Shown here: in pieces, positions 25,601 through 38,891 of the stretch | Position numbering within the stretch: the first letter of the stretch is position 1 | How the letters are laid out: each line of letters starts with the position of its first letter | Assembly: GCA_002269645.1 (NCBI GenBank) | Contig: NIVC01000986.1 | Location: 186,001 to 250,000, forward strand | DNA from: Macrostomum lignano | Taxonomy: Eukaryota | Direction of reading: 5' to 3' | DNA: 64,000 nt | The notes under the pieces: model-generated | Databases searched by the model: none | Told to the model about the DNA's origin: nothing | What the model saw: the letters and a program-made list of their open reading frames with translations, nothing else | Made by a program: the position numbers and the translations under genes

Positions 25601-25699
25601 TGGACATCATAAATCGTAGTCTGTTATCAAACATAACGGGAGACAGTCACGAGGAGCCATGCAGACACCATGCGCAGGAGATGCACAGTGGATTCAGCA

Positions 25700-26400
25700 G
25701 AGGATAAACACTCCGGCACTCACACTTCCCGGGGATAAACACTCCGGCACTCACCCTTTCCCGTGGATAAACACTCCAGCACTCACACTTCCCCGGAGAT
25801 AAACACTCCGGCACTCACATTTCCCGGGGATAAACACTCCATTCACTCACACTTCCCGGGGATAAACACTCCAGCACTCACACTTCCCGGGGATAAACAC
25901 TCCAGCACTCACACTTCCCCGTGGATAAACACTCCAGCACTCACACTTCCCGGGGATAAACACTCCGGCACTCACACTTCCCCGTGGATAAACACTCCAG
26001 CACTCACACTTCCCGGGGATAAACACTCCGGCACTCACACTTCCAGGGGATAAACACTACGGCAATCAAACTTCCCGGGGATAAACACTCCAGCACTCAC
26101 ACTTCCCGGGGATAAACACTCCGGCACTCACACTTCCCCGTGGATAATAAACACTCCAGCACTCACACTTCCCGGGGATAAACGCTCCGGCAATCACACT
26201 TCCCGGGGATAAACACTCCGGCACTCACACTTCCCGGGGATAAACACTCCGGCAATCACACTTCCCCGGAGGTAAAGGTTCGGGCAATCACACTTCCAAG
26301 GACAATTTACACTTGCACGGAGGTAAACACTCGAACAATTACACTTCCACGGAGGTATAAACACTCGGACAACTACACTTCCCCAAGAATAAACACTCCG
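25700..26400. repeat. 31-32-bp minisatellite
   Basis: Unit GGATAAACACTCCAGCACTCACACTTCCCGG, degenerating 3'; no spacers. Confidence 0.93.
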
Positions 26401-26639
26401 ACAATCACAATTTGCTAGGGATACATCCCGATATTTGAGGCAAACAAAATTCTGTTTAATATGGTCTTGGCACATGCTTTTTTATTTCTATTGTCTGAAG
26501 AGCTTTGCAAGAGATATGAAACCGTTGTGTGAAATTTCTATTATTCCGGAGCATCTCAGACAGCCAATTTTAAAAAAATCATACATAGGATATTTGCCCC
26601 AGTTTTCTGCTTGGCTTCCTTTCCTGAGTGGTTTGAATT

Positions 26640-29600
26640 TCAAAGTGGATCCTCACCGCCTGCAAGTCGCAGACACCGGTGCCAGTGTTTGCCCCAGTGC
26701 CTGGCGCGGCTGGGAAAGACCTGGAGGGAGCTGCTGCTTTCCACAGGACGCTTGCGGCTGCTTGAGAGAATAAAGCTCTGGGCATGGAGCTGTGTCAATA
26801 AAGTTGGCTTGGATGCACTCAGACTCACCCACTCAATGCAGCTCGGCACTGCAGTCCAAGTCACTCGCTATTGAAGAATCAGCCATTTTAGATACAGTTA
26901 CAAGTCCACGGAGAGAACGACGGTTTTCGGCAACTTGGAGAATATGATTCGGAGACTGGGATTGGGAGATGTATAGGTTCATTCACGTCACCAGTTAGAT
27001 CACTGGTTCATTCACGTCACCAGTTAGATCACTGGTTCATTCACGTCACCAGTTAGATCACTGATTCATTCACATCACCAGTTAGATCACTGGTTCATTC
27101 ACGTCACCAGTTAGATCACTGGTTCATTCACGTCACCAGTTAGATCACTGGTTCATTCACGTCACCAGTTAGATCACTGGTTCATTCACGTCACCAGTTA
27201 GATCACTGGTTCATTCACGTCACCAGTTAGATCACTGGTTCATTCACGTCACCAGTTAGATCACTGATTCATTCACATCACCAGTTAGATCACTGGTTTA
27301 TTCACGTCACCAGTTAGATCACTGGTTCATTCACGTCGCCAGTTAGATCCCTGGTTCATTCACATCACCAGTTACATCACTGGTTCATTCGCACGATCCC
27401 TAAGCTGGAATATCAAAGAATTGAGCACACGAGAGATAAAATTCAAACTTAAAGTTTGATAAGAGCGTGGCGCAGTGCGACAGAAGCACTTGACAACCCA
27501 TGTATTTACTGCAATAGCAATCTGCAGGAATGCAAGGGGTACACTCGTATTCGCTCAGGGAAGCCAAAGCTGTCTTCGCCTACTGTATAGTTATTCTAAT
27601 CTAATATATCCGTGTAATACTCGTAAGATACTTAAATATTAATCACAGCCAATAAATTTTAGTGCAAAAATATAGATTATAAAAACCATAAACTGAGATA
27701 AATTTTGCCGCTCTGCATACACAAATGGCGCAAAACAGCTATTTGAAAATTGATTATAATAGCATCGCATTAAAGCTACTTACAGTAATATTGATAGTAC
27801 CATGTAAAAACGCCAAAAATTACGGATTTCTGGTTAAATAAAGCTAGAAAAAAAGCTCTTGCTTTCGGCGGCAGTCAAATCAAGCAAAAACTCTGTTGCT
27901 GATTGAAAGATCTGCGGCAGCTTAAATTGGCTCCATGACCTGCAATGCGGGATGGATTAAGCAATAATCCTGCACTCAGTCTGTCCCTGCCAGTTACTCA
28001 GCCACTCTCACCTGCTTCCAAGGCTTTGGTTCGTTTGGATCCCGCAGGTAGGCACCAGCAGCGAGCTCTGACAGCGAGACCAGCACCGCGGGAGTGGTGG
28101 CCAGGCTTTCCGGCAGCCTGCAGGCGATGTGGCGCGAATTAGGGCGAGAACTGTGTGAGACTGATATGAGAACTGTGTGAGACTGATATGAGAACTGTGT
28201 GAGACTGATATGAGAACTGTGTGAGACTGATATGAGAACTGTGTGAGACTGATATGAGAACTGTGTGAGACTGGTATGAGAACTGTGTGAGACTGATATG
28301 AGAACTGTGTGAGACTGATATGAGAACTGTGTGAGACTGACATGAGAACTGTGTGAGACTGATATGAGAACTGCGTGAGACTGACATGAGAACTTATGCC
28401 TTACCCAAGCAGCCGCTCAACGATGGCCCGGGCGCAGCAGACAGCAAAGACGGACTCGGCGTGGGTGAGCTTGTAGAACTGCTGGCGCGAGGCCGGCCCG
28501 AGACAGGCGGACAGCTCCTTCTGCTGGCTGTTGTACATGAAAGCCAGCGTCTGAGGGGATTCGGGAATGTATCAATGTGCCACTTGCTAATAGAGCTGAC
28601 GGCCTGGCAGCCCCGCAGGAGGCAGCCCGCGACTCACCTTGACATCCTCCATGCTGGAATTCACGGGCAGCAGGCTCAAGAATGCCGGGTGCCGCGGCAG
28701 CGGGTTCAGGCAGAACAGCAGCACCGGGGCCGACCGGCTCCGTCTACGGCACAGCGCCAGGTACAGCAGGCTGGTGAGCCGGGCGGAGGTCAGGAACACC
28801 GGCGACAGAAACAGCGCCACCACGCTGGCCTGCGGAGTGAGAGGGTTGAAGGCTTGCAGGCTCACCTGCTGCATCACTCCCAGTCTGTCTCACCTGCTGC
28901 ATCACTCCCAGTCTGTCTCACTTGCTGCATTGCACTCCCAGTCTTATCTGCTGCATCACTCCCAGTCTTATCTGCTGCATCACTCCCAGTCTCACCTGCC
29001 TCATCACTCCCAGTCTGTCTCACTTGCTGCATCACTCCCAGGCTCACCTGCTGCATCACTCCCAGTCTCATCTGCTGCATCACTCCCAGTCTCATCTGCT
29101 GCATCACTCCCAGTCTCACCTGCCTCATCACTCCCAGGCCTACCTGCTCCATCGCCTCCATATCGTCATGCGCCTGTTCGGAGTCCAGACAGCGCACCTG
29201 CAGGTCGGTCGCGAATTCCTTGGCTTGAAGTCGGACGGCCTCAACCAGCGGCTCGCGCTCATCCGGGTGGCAGACTAGGGCCGCGTGGCAGATGTCCGCA
29301 ACTGGCAGGGGCCTCTCAGCAGCTGCAGCTGCCGCGGCCTTCACGAAAGCGCCCAGGCTGGCTGAGCTGAGCAGCGGCGGTTTTGCATTCAGCAGCGACT
29401 GGCGCAGCTTGTCGGTCTGGGACATCAGGGTGGAGAGTTCCTGGCGGTGGGTGCGGGAGACACTGGTGCATCGCCCGACACTCGGAAATAGTTTTCAAAA
29501 CATATGACCGAATTCGGAGACAATTTACAATGCATCAAGTAATTTTGACGCGACACTTCCAAGAACGATCACGTAACATTCTGAAACAGATCACGTGACA

Positions 29601-32600
29601 TTCTGAAACAGATCACGTGACATTCTGAAACAGATCACGTGACATTCTGAAACAGATCACGTGACATTCTGAAACAGATCACGTGACATTCTGAAACAGA
29701 TCACGTGACATTCTGAAACAGATCACGTGACATTCTGAAACAGATCACGTGACATTCTGAAACAGATCACGTGACATTCTGAAACAGAAACTCACGTGGC
29801 AATCTGGAAACAGCTGCTCTTTGAGATGGGCCGCCTTCTTGTCCCCTGACTTGGCCGTCAGCACCTTGGCAACGGAGGCGGCCACCCGCTTGACGCACTG
29901 CTCCCTGGAGACGGTGGCGTCCAGCCAGCGGGCCACGGACTGCAGCGCAGGAGGGCAGGCGGGCCCCAGGCGCTCCAGGCAGACGGGCAGCAGCAGGGCT
30001 TGGTGCCGGTCGCAGCGGTGCAGCATGGAGGCGATGGTGAACTCCTCCAGACAGACGGCCGACTTGGCGTAGTCCGGCGTCAAGAAGGCGACGATGAGAC
30101 GGCTGCCGCTAATGGCAGAGTAGATGGTCTCCATCCAGGAGAAGCCCGTCTGGATGCCCTGCTTGTCAAAGAAGATACGCAGCGCGGGGCAGGCGAGCCG
30201 CAGCTGGGTGAGGAACGGCTCCACGGCGGCCGAGTTGCGGTGGCAGTAGGAGATGAAGATGTCGTAGCCGCTGCCGCCGCCGGGCACCGCGGCCGGTGCC
30301 AGAGCCGGCTCGGCCTGCTTGGAGTCGCCTGCTGGATGCGGTTCAAAACACGCAAACTCAAACTGGGCCGCTTCATTCACCCACCTGGCCGCTTCACTCA
30401 CCCACCTGGCCGATTCACTCACCCATCTGGCCGCTTCGCTCACCCACCGAGCCGCTTCACTCACCCACCTGGCCGCTTAGCTCACCCACCTGATTGCTTC
30501 ATTCACCCACCTGGCCGATTCACTCACCCACCTGGTTGATTCACTCACCCACCTGGCCGATTCACTCACCCACCTGGTTGATTCACTCACCCACCTGGCC
30601 GCTTCACTCACCCACCTGACCGATTCACTCACCCACCTGGCCGATTCACTCATCCACCTGGCCGATTCACTCATCCACCTGGCCGATTCACTCACCCACC
30701 TGGCCGATTCACTCATCCACCTGGCCGATTCACTCACCCACCTGGCCGATTCACTCATCCACCTGGCCGATTCACTCATCCACCTGGCCGATTCACTCAT
30801 CCACCTGGCCGATTCACTCATCCACCTGGCCGATTCACTCATCCACCTGGCCGCTTCACTCACCCACCTGGCCGCTTCACTCACCCAACGCAAGCCGTTC
30901 CAGCCTGCCGCCGATCTCCCCGATGGCGGCCTGCAGTTTGTCGCAGCCGGGCTGGTCTGTTGGTTTGGGCCGGCAGTCAATCCACTGGATTAGCGACATG
31001 TAGGTGGGCGGGCTGGCCAGCCGCTCCAAGCAGACGGGCAGGAAGGGATGCCACCGCGTGTGCGCCAGGCACATCGCCACGTTGAAATCCTCGACGCAGG
31101 CCCGGGTGGCCAGGAAGGCCTGCGACAGCAGACAGACCACCAGACGGCTGCCCAGCATGTCGGAGCGCCGGGCGTCGATTGCTGACGTCGCAGCCGCCGC
31201 TTTGCTGCCTTCAGCAGCCTCGTCGCCCGACGAGCTGCTGCTGCTATCGTCACTGTGCACCACCTTGCGGCAGCGCAGGCTTTTCTGGTTGGCCTTCAGA
31301 CTGCGGGTGGTCCGCTCCAAGAACTGCAGGTCCTTCTCGCTGCAGACCACTAGCAGGTCCGCCTCAATGGGCACCGGCTGAGGGTTGGGGCAATTGGACA
31401 AGGACTTCTGAATCTTTTATCTGGAGTGGAAACTGGCCATTTTCATGCACCATGAGACTGGCTGGCTGGCTGTAGGCCAGGGAGATCGGGAAGGCAGTTC
31501 TAGAGCTTCGGTAAAGATAGTAAGAAAAAATGCTCTCAGATGAAAATTAGGAAGGGTTCCAGTCCACTCCAGCCTGCTCTGCCTAGAACTCCTTGACCCA
31601 AACACTGACGGTTCCACAGCCCACTCCAGCCTGCTCTGCCTAGAACTCCTTGACCCAAACACTGACGGTTCCACAGCCCACTCCAGCCTGCTCTGCCTGG
31701 AACTCCTTGACCCAAACACTGACGGTTCCACAGCCCACTCCAGCCTGCTCTGCCTAGAACTCCTTGACCCAAACACTAACGGTTCCACAGCCCACTCCAG
31801 CCTGCTCTGCCTAGAACTCCTTGACCCAAACACTGACGGTTCCACAGCCCACTCCAGCCCACTCTGCCTGGAACTCCTTGACCCAAACACTGACGGTTCC
31901 ACAGCCCACTCCAGCCTGCTCTGCCTGGAACTCCTTGACCCAAACACTGACGGTTCCACAGCCCACTCCAGCCTGCTCTGCCTAGAACTCCTTGACCCAA
32001 ACACTGACGGTTCCACAGCCCACTCCAGCCTGCTCTGCCTGGAACTCCTTGACCCAAACACTGACGGTGCTCACATCAGGCTTTCTGTGCCGACTCTCGA
32101 AGGCGTGCTTGAGCCGCTGGAACTCTTGGACGGGCCCGCCTGTCGTCCTCGGCGAGGCTCTCCACGGCCAGCTTGGAGGTGTAGATGACCAGAGTGTAGC
32201 GCCGCATGGGCAGGCCGATGCTGATCCACGTGTGCCAGGCCGTCACCAGCGCGTGCATGATGCGCGACTTGGAGGCCCGCTGGCAGCCCGTGGCCAGCAG
32301 CGGGCTGATGACGCTCATGTTGTCGGCGAACACCGTGAACATGGCACGGAAGATCTCGCCTACCGCCTTCTCGGGACTGCGCTCTCTGTTGGCCACCACC
32401 TGCTGCTCGAAGCAGAGCAGCCGCCTGTTGGTGGTGAGTGGGAGCCAGTCAGTCTGACACAAAGTGCTCTTATTCGCAAGCGCAGGTCTGCCTTACTTGT
32501 ACGGCAGATCAGAAGGCAGCGGCTTGGAGATCCAGCAGTTGAAGTTTTTCCGCAAGTCCTCGGCCTTTTCCCTGGCCAGGTCCCGCACGCTCAGGTTGAA

Positions 32601-35143
32601 CTGGCGCTTCAGGGCGCCGATAAGGGTTGACGGGACTGCTGAGTAGTCGGCTGAAACGAGGGTCGCGTGAGCTTCAGATCATAGGAATTTAACGGTAGAA
32701 CAACAAACTAGGAGCAGCCCCGTGACAGCTCAAAATCGATCTCAAAACTTGTCATGCAAAGATATTTTCGAAAAGTCCAAAATAATCGGCACATATTGCA
32801 ACACTTGCAAGCAGAGTTAATCTATTGTAGTAATGCTAGCAGGCTTGGGCACTGCCGCAAATCACGGCGGCAGCAGACCTGCAACACATGAAATCGAGCC
32901 CAAGGTGTTTTGGTGTGATGAGCCAGATGCGTTACCGCTGAGCCACTCTGCGTGCTGAGCCACTCTGTGTGCTGACTGAGCCACTCTGCGTGCTGAGCCA
33001 CTCTGTGTGCTGACTGAGCCACTCTGCGTGCTGAGCCACTCTGTGTGCTGACTGAGCCACTCTGCGTGCTGAGCCACTCTGCCCCTACTGTGCTGAGCTA
33101 CTCTGCCCCTACTGTGCTGAGCCACTCTGCGTGCTGAGCCACTCTGCCCCAACTGTGCTGAGCTACTGCCCCTACTGTGCTGAGCTACTCTGCCCCTACT
33201 GTGCTGAGCTACTCTGCCCCTACTGTGCTGAGCTACTCTGCCCCTACTGTGCTGAGCTACTCTGCCCCTACTGTGCTGAGCTACTCTGCCCCTACTGTGC
33301 TGAGCTACTCTGCCCCTACTGTGCTGAGCTACTCTGCCCCTACTGTGCTGAGCTACTCTGCCCCTACTGTGCTGAGCTACTCTGCCCCTACTGTGCTGAG
33401 CTACTCTGCCCCTACTGTGCTGAGCTACTCTGCCCCTACTGTGCTGAGCTACTCTGCCCCTACTGTGCTGAGCTACTCTGCCCCTACTGTGCTGAGCTAC
33501 TCTGCCCCTACTGTGCTGAGCTACTCTGCCCCTACTGTGCTGAGCTACTCTGCCCCTACTGTGCTGAGCTACTCTGCCCCTACTGTGCTGAGCTACTCTG
33601 CCCCTACTGTGCTGAGCTACTCTGCCCCTACTGTGCTGAGCTACTCTGCCCCTACTGTGCTGAGCTACTCTGCCCCTACTGTGCTGAGCTACTCTGCCCC
33701 TACTGTGCTGAGCTACTCTGCCCCTACTGTGCTGAGCTACTCTGCCCCTACTGTGCTGAGCTACTCTGCCCCTACTGTGCTGAGCTACTCTGCCCCTACT
33801 GTGCTGAGCTACTCTGCCCCTACTGTGCTGAGCTACTCTGCCCCTACTGTGCTGAGCTACTCTGCCCCTACTGTGCTGAGCTACTCTGCCCCTACTGTGC
33901 TGAGCTACTCTGCCCCTACTGTGCTGAGCTACTCTGCCCCTACTGTGCTGAGCTACTCTGCCCCTACTGTGCTGAGCTACTCTGCCCCTACTGTGCTTCC
34001 TTATACTTTAACACTGCAAGCCCGATCTCTATTAATAACCCATAAGTTTGCTCACCAGAGAAGGCCGAGATCATGATGACATCATAAGGCTCCTCACCAG
34101 GCACAATCTTGGTGATGTCTCCCAGACAAAGCTGCATCTCAGCCTGCTGGACTCTACTGGGCGAGTCCACCTGAATTTGGGACACCTGATGTAGCATTTT
34201 AATCAGGTGCACTGAAATAATTAATACAATGGGTATCAGCAGTAGGCAAAGTAATATAGCTTGTATTATTTTGCATTATTAAAACCTAGCCAACTAAGGT
34301 AATAACTTCAAGCTAGAACAGTTATATTGTTACTTGAGCAGAGCAAAGTATTAATACAAGCTACTATTGGTCTTGCTACAAGCTACTATCAAAATTAGCT
34401 ATCTAGATATAGTTTCTAGTGCATTTAAAGCTGCAATTACCTAGTGATTAGGGAAACATTCTGCAGATAAAGACTTCAACTAGCAAGCCATATGTGTATC
34501 ATCCATATGGATGCCTATTGCTCTCAACCAGTATATAAGATATTCTATTAATCCCAATTCAAGGCCCTTATTATTACCAATCTTGTGCTAAATCTAATTT
34601 GATATTTACCTTACATAAATTTTATTATTGTTTCCCAATAATTTACCTTGTTATGTAACAACTATGTAACAACATAGGTTACATAGGCCCCCTAGCTTTA
34701 CAAGACATATTTTGTTTTCAAATTAAATAGTTTTTCTTATTGGCTTAGACTTTAATGTCCCTTCTTTCTTTTAAAATTCTCTCTTTCTCTTTCTAAAAAA
34801 TGTATGTAGGAAATACAAATAACATAGAATCATAATTTTGTAAACAGAAAGCTTTATGAGTATCAATAGAACTTAAAGAAGACATATTAAAAGTTAAACA
34901 CTGGGTCTGCCTCCTATCTAAATCAACAAATTTTGTGCTGAAAATGAAAACCATATATTTCCGTAATATATTTTTCAGTAAAATCAGCCTCCTAAGATTT
35001 TCTAGAAACCTAGTTTCCCGTCCTTTTACTTGAGTGAGTATTCCTTGGTCCTGTCTTAGGACAGGAAGCATTGACAGATCAATCAATAATAAACAAGTCA
35101 GATCTTGAAGCCAGCCGTTACCCGCATAGAAAATGAAAGCCAT
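26640..35143 (-). CDS. Macro-like N-terminal domain + three TIR domains (>815 aa); one +1 frameshift as assembled
   Basis: Exons (minus): 35143-35122, 34211-34056, 32650-32497, 32424-32075, 31377-30885, 30331-29796, 29440-29144, 28829-28638, 28550-28405, 28117-28012; last exon(s) near 26867-26640 are tentative. All are phase-consistent except one extra base near 32132. Motifs: QLCLGDITKI..DVIMISAFS-ADYS..LIGAL..EDLRKNFNCWIS..RLLCFE..PLLATG; TIR YDIFISYCHRN..IFFDKQGIQTGFSW..SRLIVAFLTPDYAKSAVCLEEF. Confidence 0.75.
26976..27391. repeat. 29-bp minisatellite
   Basis: Unit GGTTCATTCACGTCACCAGTTAGATCACT, ~14 copies. Confidence 0.95.
28146..28393. repeat. 22-bp intronic minisatellite
   Basis: Unit GAGAACTGTGTGAGACTGATAT. 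Confidence 0.95.
28860..29143. repeat. ~24-bp intronic minisatellite carrying donor-like CAG|GTGAG on the minus strand
   Basis: Unit CTCACCTGCTGCATCACTCCCAGT with variants. Confidence 0.9.
29565..29787. repeat. 22-bp intronic minisatellite
   Basis: Unit GATCACGTGACATTCTGAAACA, abutting the donor at 29795. Confidence 0.95.
30365..30886. repeat. 21-bp intronic minisatellite that includes the 5' splice site
   Basis: Unit CCACCTGGCCGATTCACTCA(C/T); the minus strand reads G(G/A)TGAGTGAA. Confidence 0.95.
31562..32068. repeat. 57-bp intronic minisatellite, ~9 copies (unrelated to the CDC45 57-mer)
   Basis: Unit CCACTCCAGCCTGCTCTGCCTAGAACTCCTTGACCCAAACACTGACGGTTCCACAGC. Confidence 0.95.
32935..33997. 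repeat. Intronic array: related 16/20-bp units grading into a perfect 24-bp unit
   Basis: GAGCCACTCTGCGTGCT-type units, followed by CTACTGTGCTGAGCTACTCTGCCC x ~35. Confidence 0.96.
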
Positions 35144-35786
35144 ATTCCGAGTTTAAAATCACCCTATTCTTCCATGTTAGCCAGCTAATCAGGTAAGTCG
35201 GAAGACATTCCTAGTTAAAGTAGGAAGACGGAAGAATTGTTTAATTTAATGAGCGTCGCGGAAATTTAGGAGTTATGTCCAAATTTATCTACTGCGGTTA
35301 GTTGTGCGCAAAGTTTTTTGCAGTAGTAGTAAATGTGGAATTTCATATTTAGAAGCCCTGACGCCAAATCTCAGCCGTTTTTTGCCCGCCGTAGCAACGC
35401 TAACTCTCACACTATTAAATTTAACAAAAGTAAATAACTCTTATCACGGATACGAGTCTGTTTAATGACAAAAACGTATAATGTTTTTAATTTTTACACG
35501 GTCTCCAATCCAGATTATTTCTTTATTTAATTTTAACCATATTGCAAGAAAAATGAACAGTGATCAGTTGGAGATGCGCGTGGGAAAGAGCGAATGCGTG
35601 AATGTATTCACAATATGTCTATAAGTAGAAACTGAAGAAAATAAGAAATAAAAAAGCAGTGTGTTTTGGGAATCGCATTTATATCCTTTTTTTATGTTAT
35701 AAGATTTTTTTGTAAATCAATGCAGTTAGCTGACACACTTAGCTTCTAGGGGGCAAGCAGCTCGTCGAGTAAGTCGCCGCGGACAG

Positions 35787-36954
35787 CTAGCGTCTTCGCC
35801 ATTTCAAGCTGGGCCTCAGTACTGGCGGAGGATTGTCGATCAATAGCGTACACAGGAGATACATTGAAAGATCGGCCTCCAATGAAATTTTCACCAATTC
35901 TGAGTCTTCAGTCCTTCTACTCAAGTAGTCCTTGCATATAGGAGCCGGAGTCGCATGTAAGAGCATCACGACCTGAAATATGATAATAAACAGCAAATAT
36001 AAATGTGCCGTTGAAGTTTAACTTTTATAAATGGCGAACCTTTAGTGCGCTTTTATTATTATAAAATTGCAAAACCTAAAACTTCAAATTATGATAATCA
36101 TTTCTTTATATTTGCAAGCAAGTGACAGACATTGTTAATTAAGTTTGAAAGAATCTGGAAAATGCCTTTTTCGTAGAAAGAGATAAGGCTCCATACCTAT
36201 TAGTTCGATTAGCTGTAGCAGCTCCTTAGTAACAGGCTTGGTGGCTGCCGTAGCATCGAGCGCAGCAGCATTAGCCTGAATGGCGATGTCGAGTCACCGT
36301 TTGTTTATTGTTACGGCCGGGAGCTCCTCAACCAGATTACATGTACATGCCGCCTCATCGCCGTCCTGTCCAGTCGCGATGCCATTTTGCTCCTCTGTCA
36401 ACCTGTCCTGTGGTTCAGCCTCAGGCGTGTTTTCTTGTGTAGCCTGTCCAACCGTCCTACCACCATGGCTCTGGGCGCTGCACAATTCGATCAACTTATC
36501 GAGCTTTTTGTTCATTTGCTCCAGTCGCACGGTTGCCGATTGTCGGCGCCCCTAAAAAGTTAGGGAAATTCATAAAACAAAACATAACACAAATATACTG
36601 TACAGATAATACCACATTTTCTCATCTATAGTTTTGCAAGCTAGCCACCTACTGTAACAAATAAGTGCCAGGCGCTGTCCAGCATATCATTCTCACCGTC
36701 TCTATTCCCATGATTAGGAGGCAGTTCCTGATCAGCGCAAAGGTAGGCAAAGCAGGGCCCATCAGAGTCCCGGGTTGTAAACTGCTCGAAGAGCGTCCAG
36801 CTGCGGCTACATGTACTTTCCTCCCGTAGCATAGACGTAGAGGAGCCTCTTCTTTGCTCGCTGCAGTAATAACGCACAAGTCCTGTTCATTGACGGCTTG
36901 CATCGCATTCTGAGCAAAGCGAACTACGAACCATTTGTTTGATTGATGCTCCAT
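35787..36954 (-). pseudogene. Degenerate multi-exon coding remnant, possibly BEN-domain/transposon-associated
   Basis: TTTCAG acceptors precede ORF pieces MEHQSNKWFVVRFAQNAMQAVNEQDL.., a coiled-coil RLEQMNKKLDKLIEL and VVMLLHATP..; internal stops and frame changes. The family resemblance is only impressionistic. Confidence 0.25.
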
Positions 36955-38891
36955 GTGAAACCTGAAATAACTGCAAGGACAGTGAAAATAAAATTAGTCA
37001 TATTTTTCGATGGTACTGCACTATTTTTGTGAAGCACATTTTTTATTAACTTTTGTGTTTCTTCTACCAACTTTGGCAGTTTTACAACTTTACAGTTAGT
37101 ACTTTTTAAACTTTCTACTTATTCCAGACAAATATACCTATTTTATTCAAGAATATTTTGCTCTGACGGCTTCTACATGCCCAACAGCTTATACATTGCT
37201 TTTTATCTGACATGATAAAGCTAGAAGTCACTAATCACAATTAAAAAATATTTTATTAAAAATAACAAGGACAATACTACTGAGAATAAAAATCAAATGA
37301 TGGGAGCTCAAAGTGCAAATGCAAGTGCATGTAAAAAGGTTATTTTTGTGATTTAATGATTTAAAGTTATTTATTGATTTATAATGTGATTCAATACTGA
37401 ATTCTAAATGCCTTAAAAGGAATTTTCATTGATAAGCAGGATTTTGAGTGACTATAAAACTGTGAACCATTTTAGTTGTTTATTTGAAATATGTACAAAA
37501 ATTGTCTCTTTAAAATGAAGCTACCTAAAAGCTAAGATAGTTCTTACATTTAAAAAACTACATGTTTTAGCTGCTAAAATTGAGGATAGAAGAACAAAAA
37601 GTTATGCTTCTTTATAGAGATTTCTAACTTTATTTTTTATTAGTTGTAATTAATATTTTGCTAAAATATATATTAGTATAACTGTAAAACATAATTCGTG
37701 TTCAATGTGTTTTTTACTATGAAAGTTTCAAGACAGAATTTAAAAGATATATTATATAAAAATATCTATTCTTTATAAATAGCAAGACACACAAACCAAG
37801 GACTAAACAGTAACTAGTAGTATAGTTGCACACCTATCGCTTAGATCTTTAATTATTTTGGTTATTAATACCCTTTAAATAGTAGAAATGAACAAAAGAA
37901 AGCTAATTTCGAGATTGAGGCAAAAACTGAGAATGCGCACTTCCATGTTGCTAGCCGGGTCTCAGCCGCGTCAAAATTTTAAACTCATGCCCCAGATGCG
38001 GCTGTAGTAAAATCTTATAGATTATGGTCTGAAAGTTATGTCCTAAAAGATTGCGCGCGATAATTCGATAGTAGTTCATTTATGTACAAGTGAATGCACG
38101 CTTGTAAAATAAAAATGTATCTGAGCAGCGCGCGATAACATTCAAATCTATTACTTCTCATGCTGCGTTTCATTTATGTGTGTACAGAAGTTCAGCCTAA
38201 TATTTTAACTTAAAACTTTGAAATTTATTTACAGTTAGCTAAGTTCAACAGTCCTTTTTTCAACTTTTTTGATCCGTACTTTGTTAAAGTGCAATAAATT
38301 CAAACGTCAGTTTAACTTGGAAGCGATCTTAACTCTCATTCCTAGACAAACCTTGAATATTCACAGTTTAACTTGGAATTTAACCAGGAATCGGCTTGAA
38401 TTTTTTAAGCGGGTGAAGATCTGAACAAATCAAGCTTACTATTTAAAAAACGATGTAAGAAAAATAGGCGTAAGTAACAAAAATAGGCGTTCAAGTATAT
38501 CTGAGAACATATTTTTTTTAAAATTTTGTGCCTTTTTTACTTTTTTTGTTTTTTACTTAACCTAAATGTATTTTTTGTTATACAGTTATAATGATTGGTT
38601 GCTAGTATTTGATTTCAATACTTTATAGTATTTTTATTTAATATATTGGGGATAGCAGAGATAGTAAGCAGACTTTTAAGTATATGAGGTAATGATAACT
38701 CGCAAGTCATAAATACGCTTAATATTCATTATTACTCAAGGGTTCTAGCACATTTTTTCATCCCGAGATTGTTTAGAAAGCAATCTTGATAGCTGTAATC
38801 TGGAAAGCTAGTGTTTAATTAAAAAAGTTAGAATCTTGACATTTATAAAATTATAATACTTGCACTTTATAAGTAGTTACACGAAAACCAA

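Noticed and set aside
25700-26400. CRISPR-like look (GGGGATAAAC recalls type I-E repeats)
   Set aside because: Units are head-to-tail with no unique spacers, there are no cas genes, and the context is eukaryotic.
33131-34076. Cys-rich (CPYCAELL)n metallothionein/zinc-finger-like ORF
   Set aside because: It is a perfect 24-bp DNA repeat with no synonymous variation, antisense in an intron.
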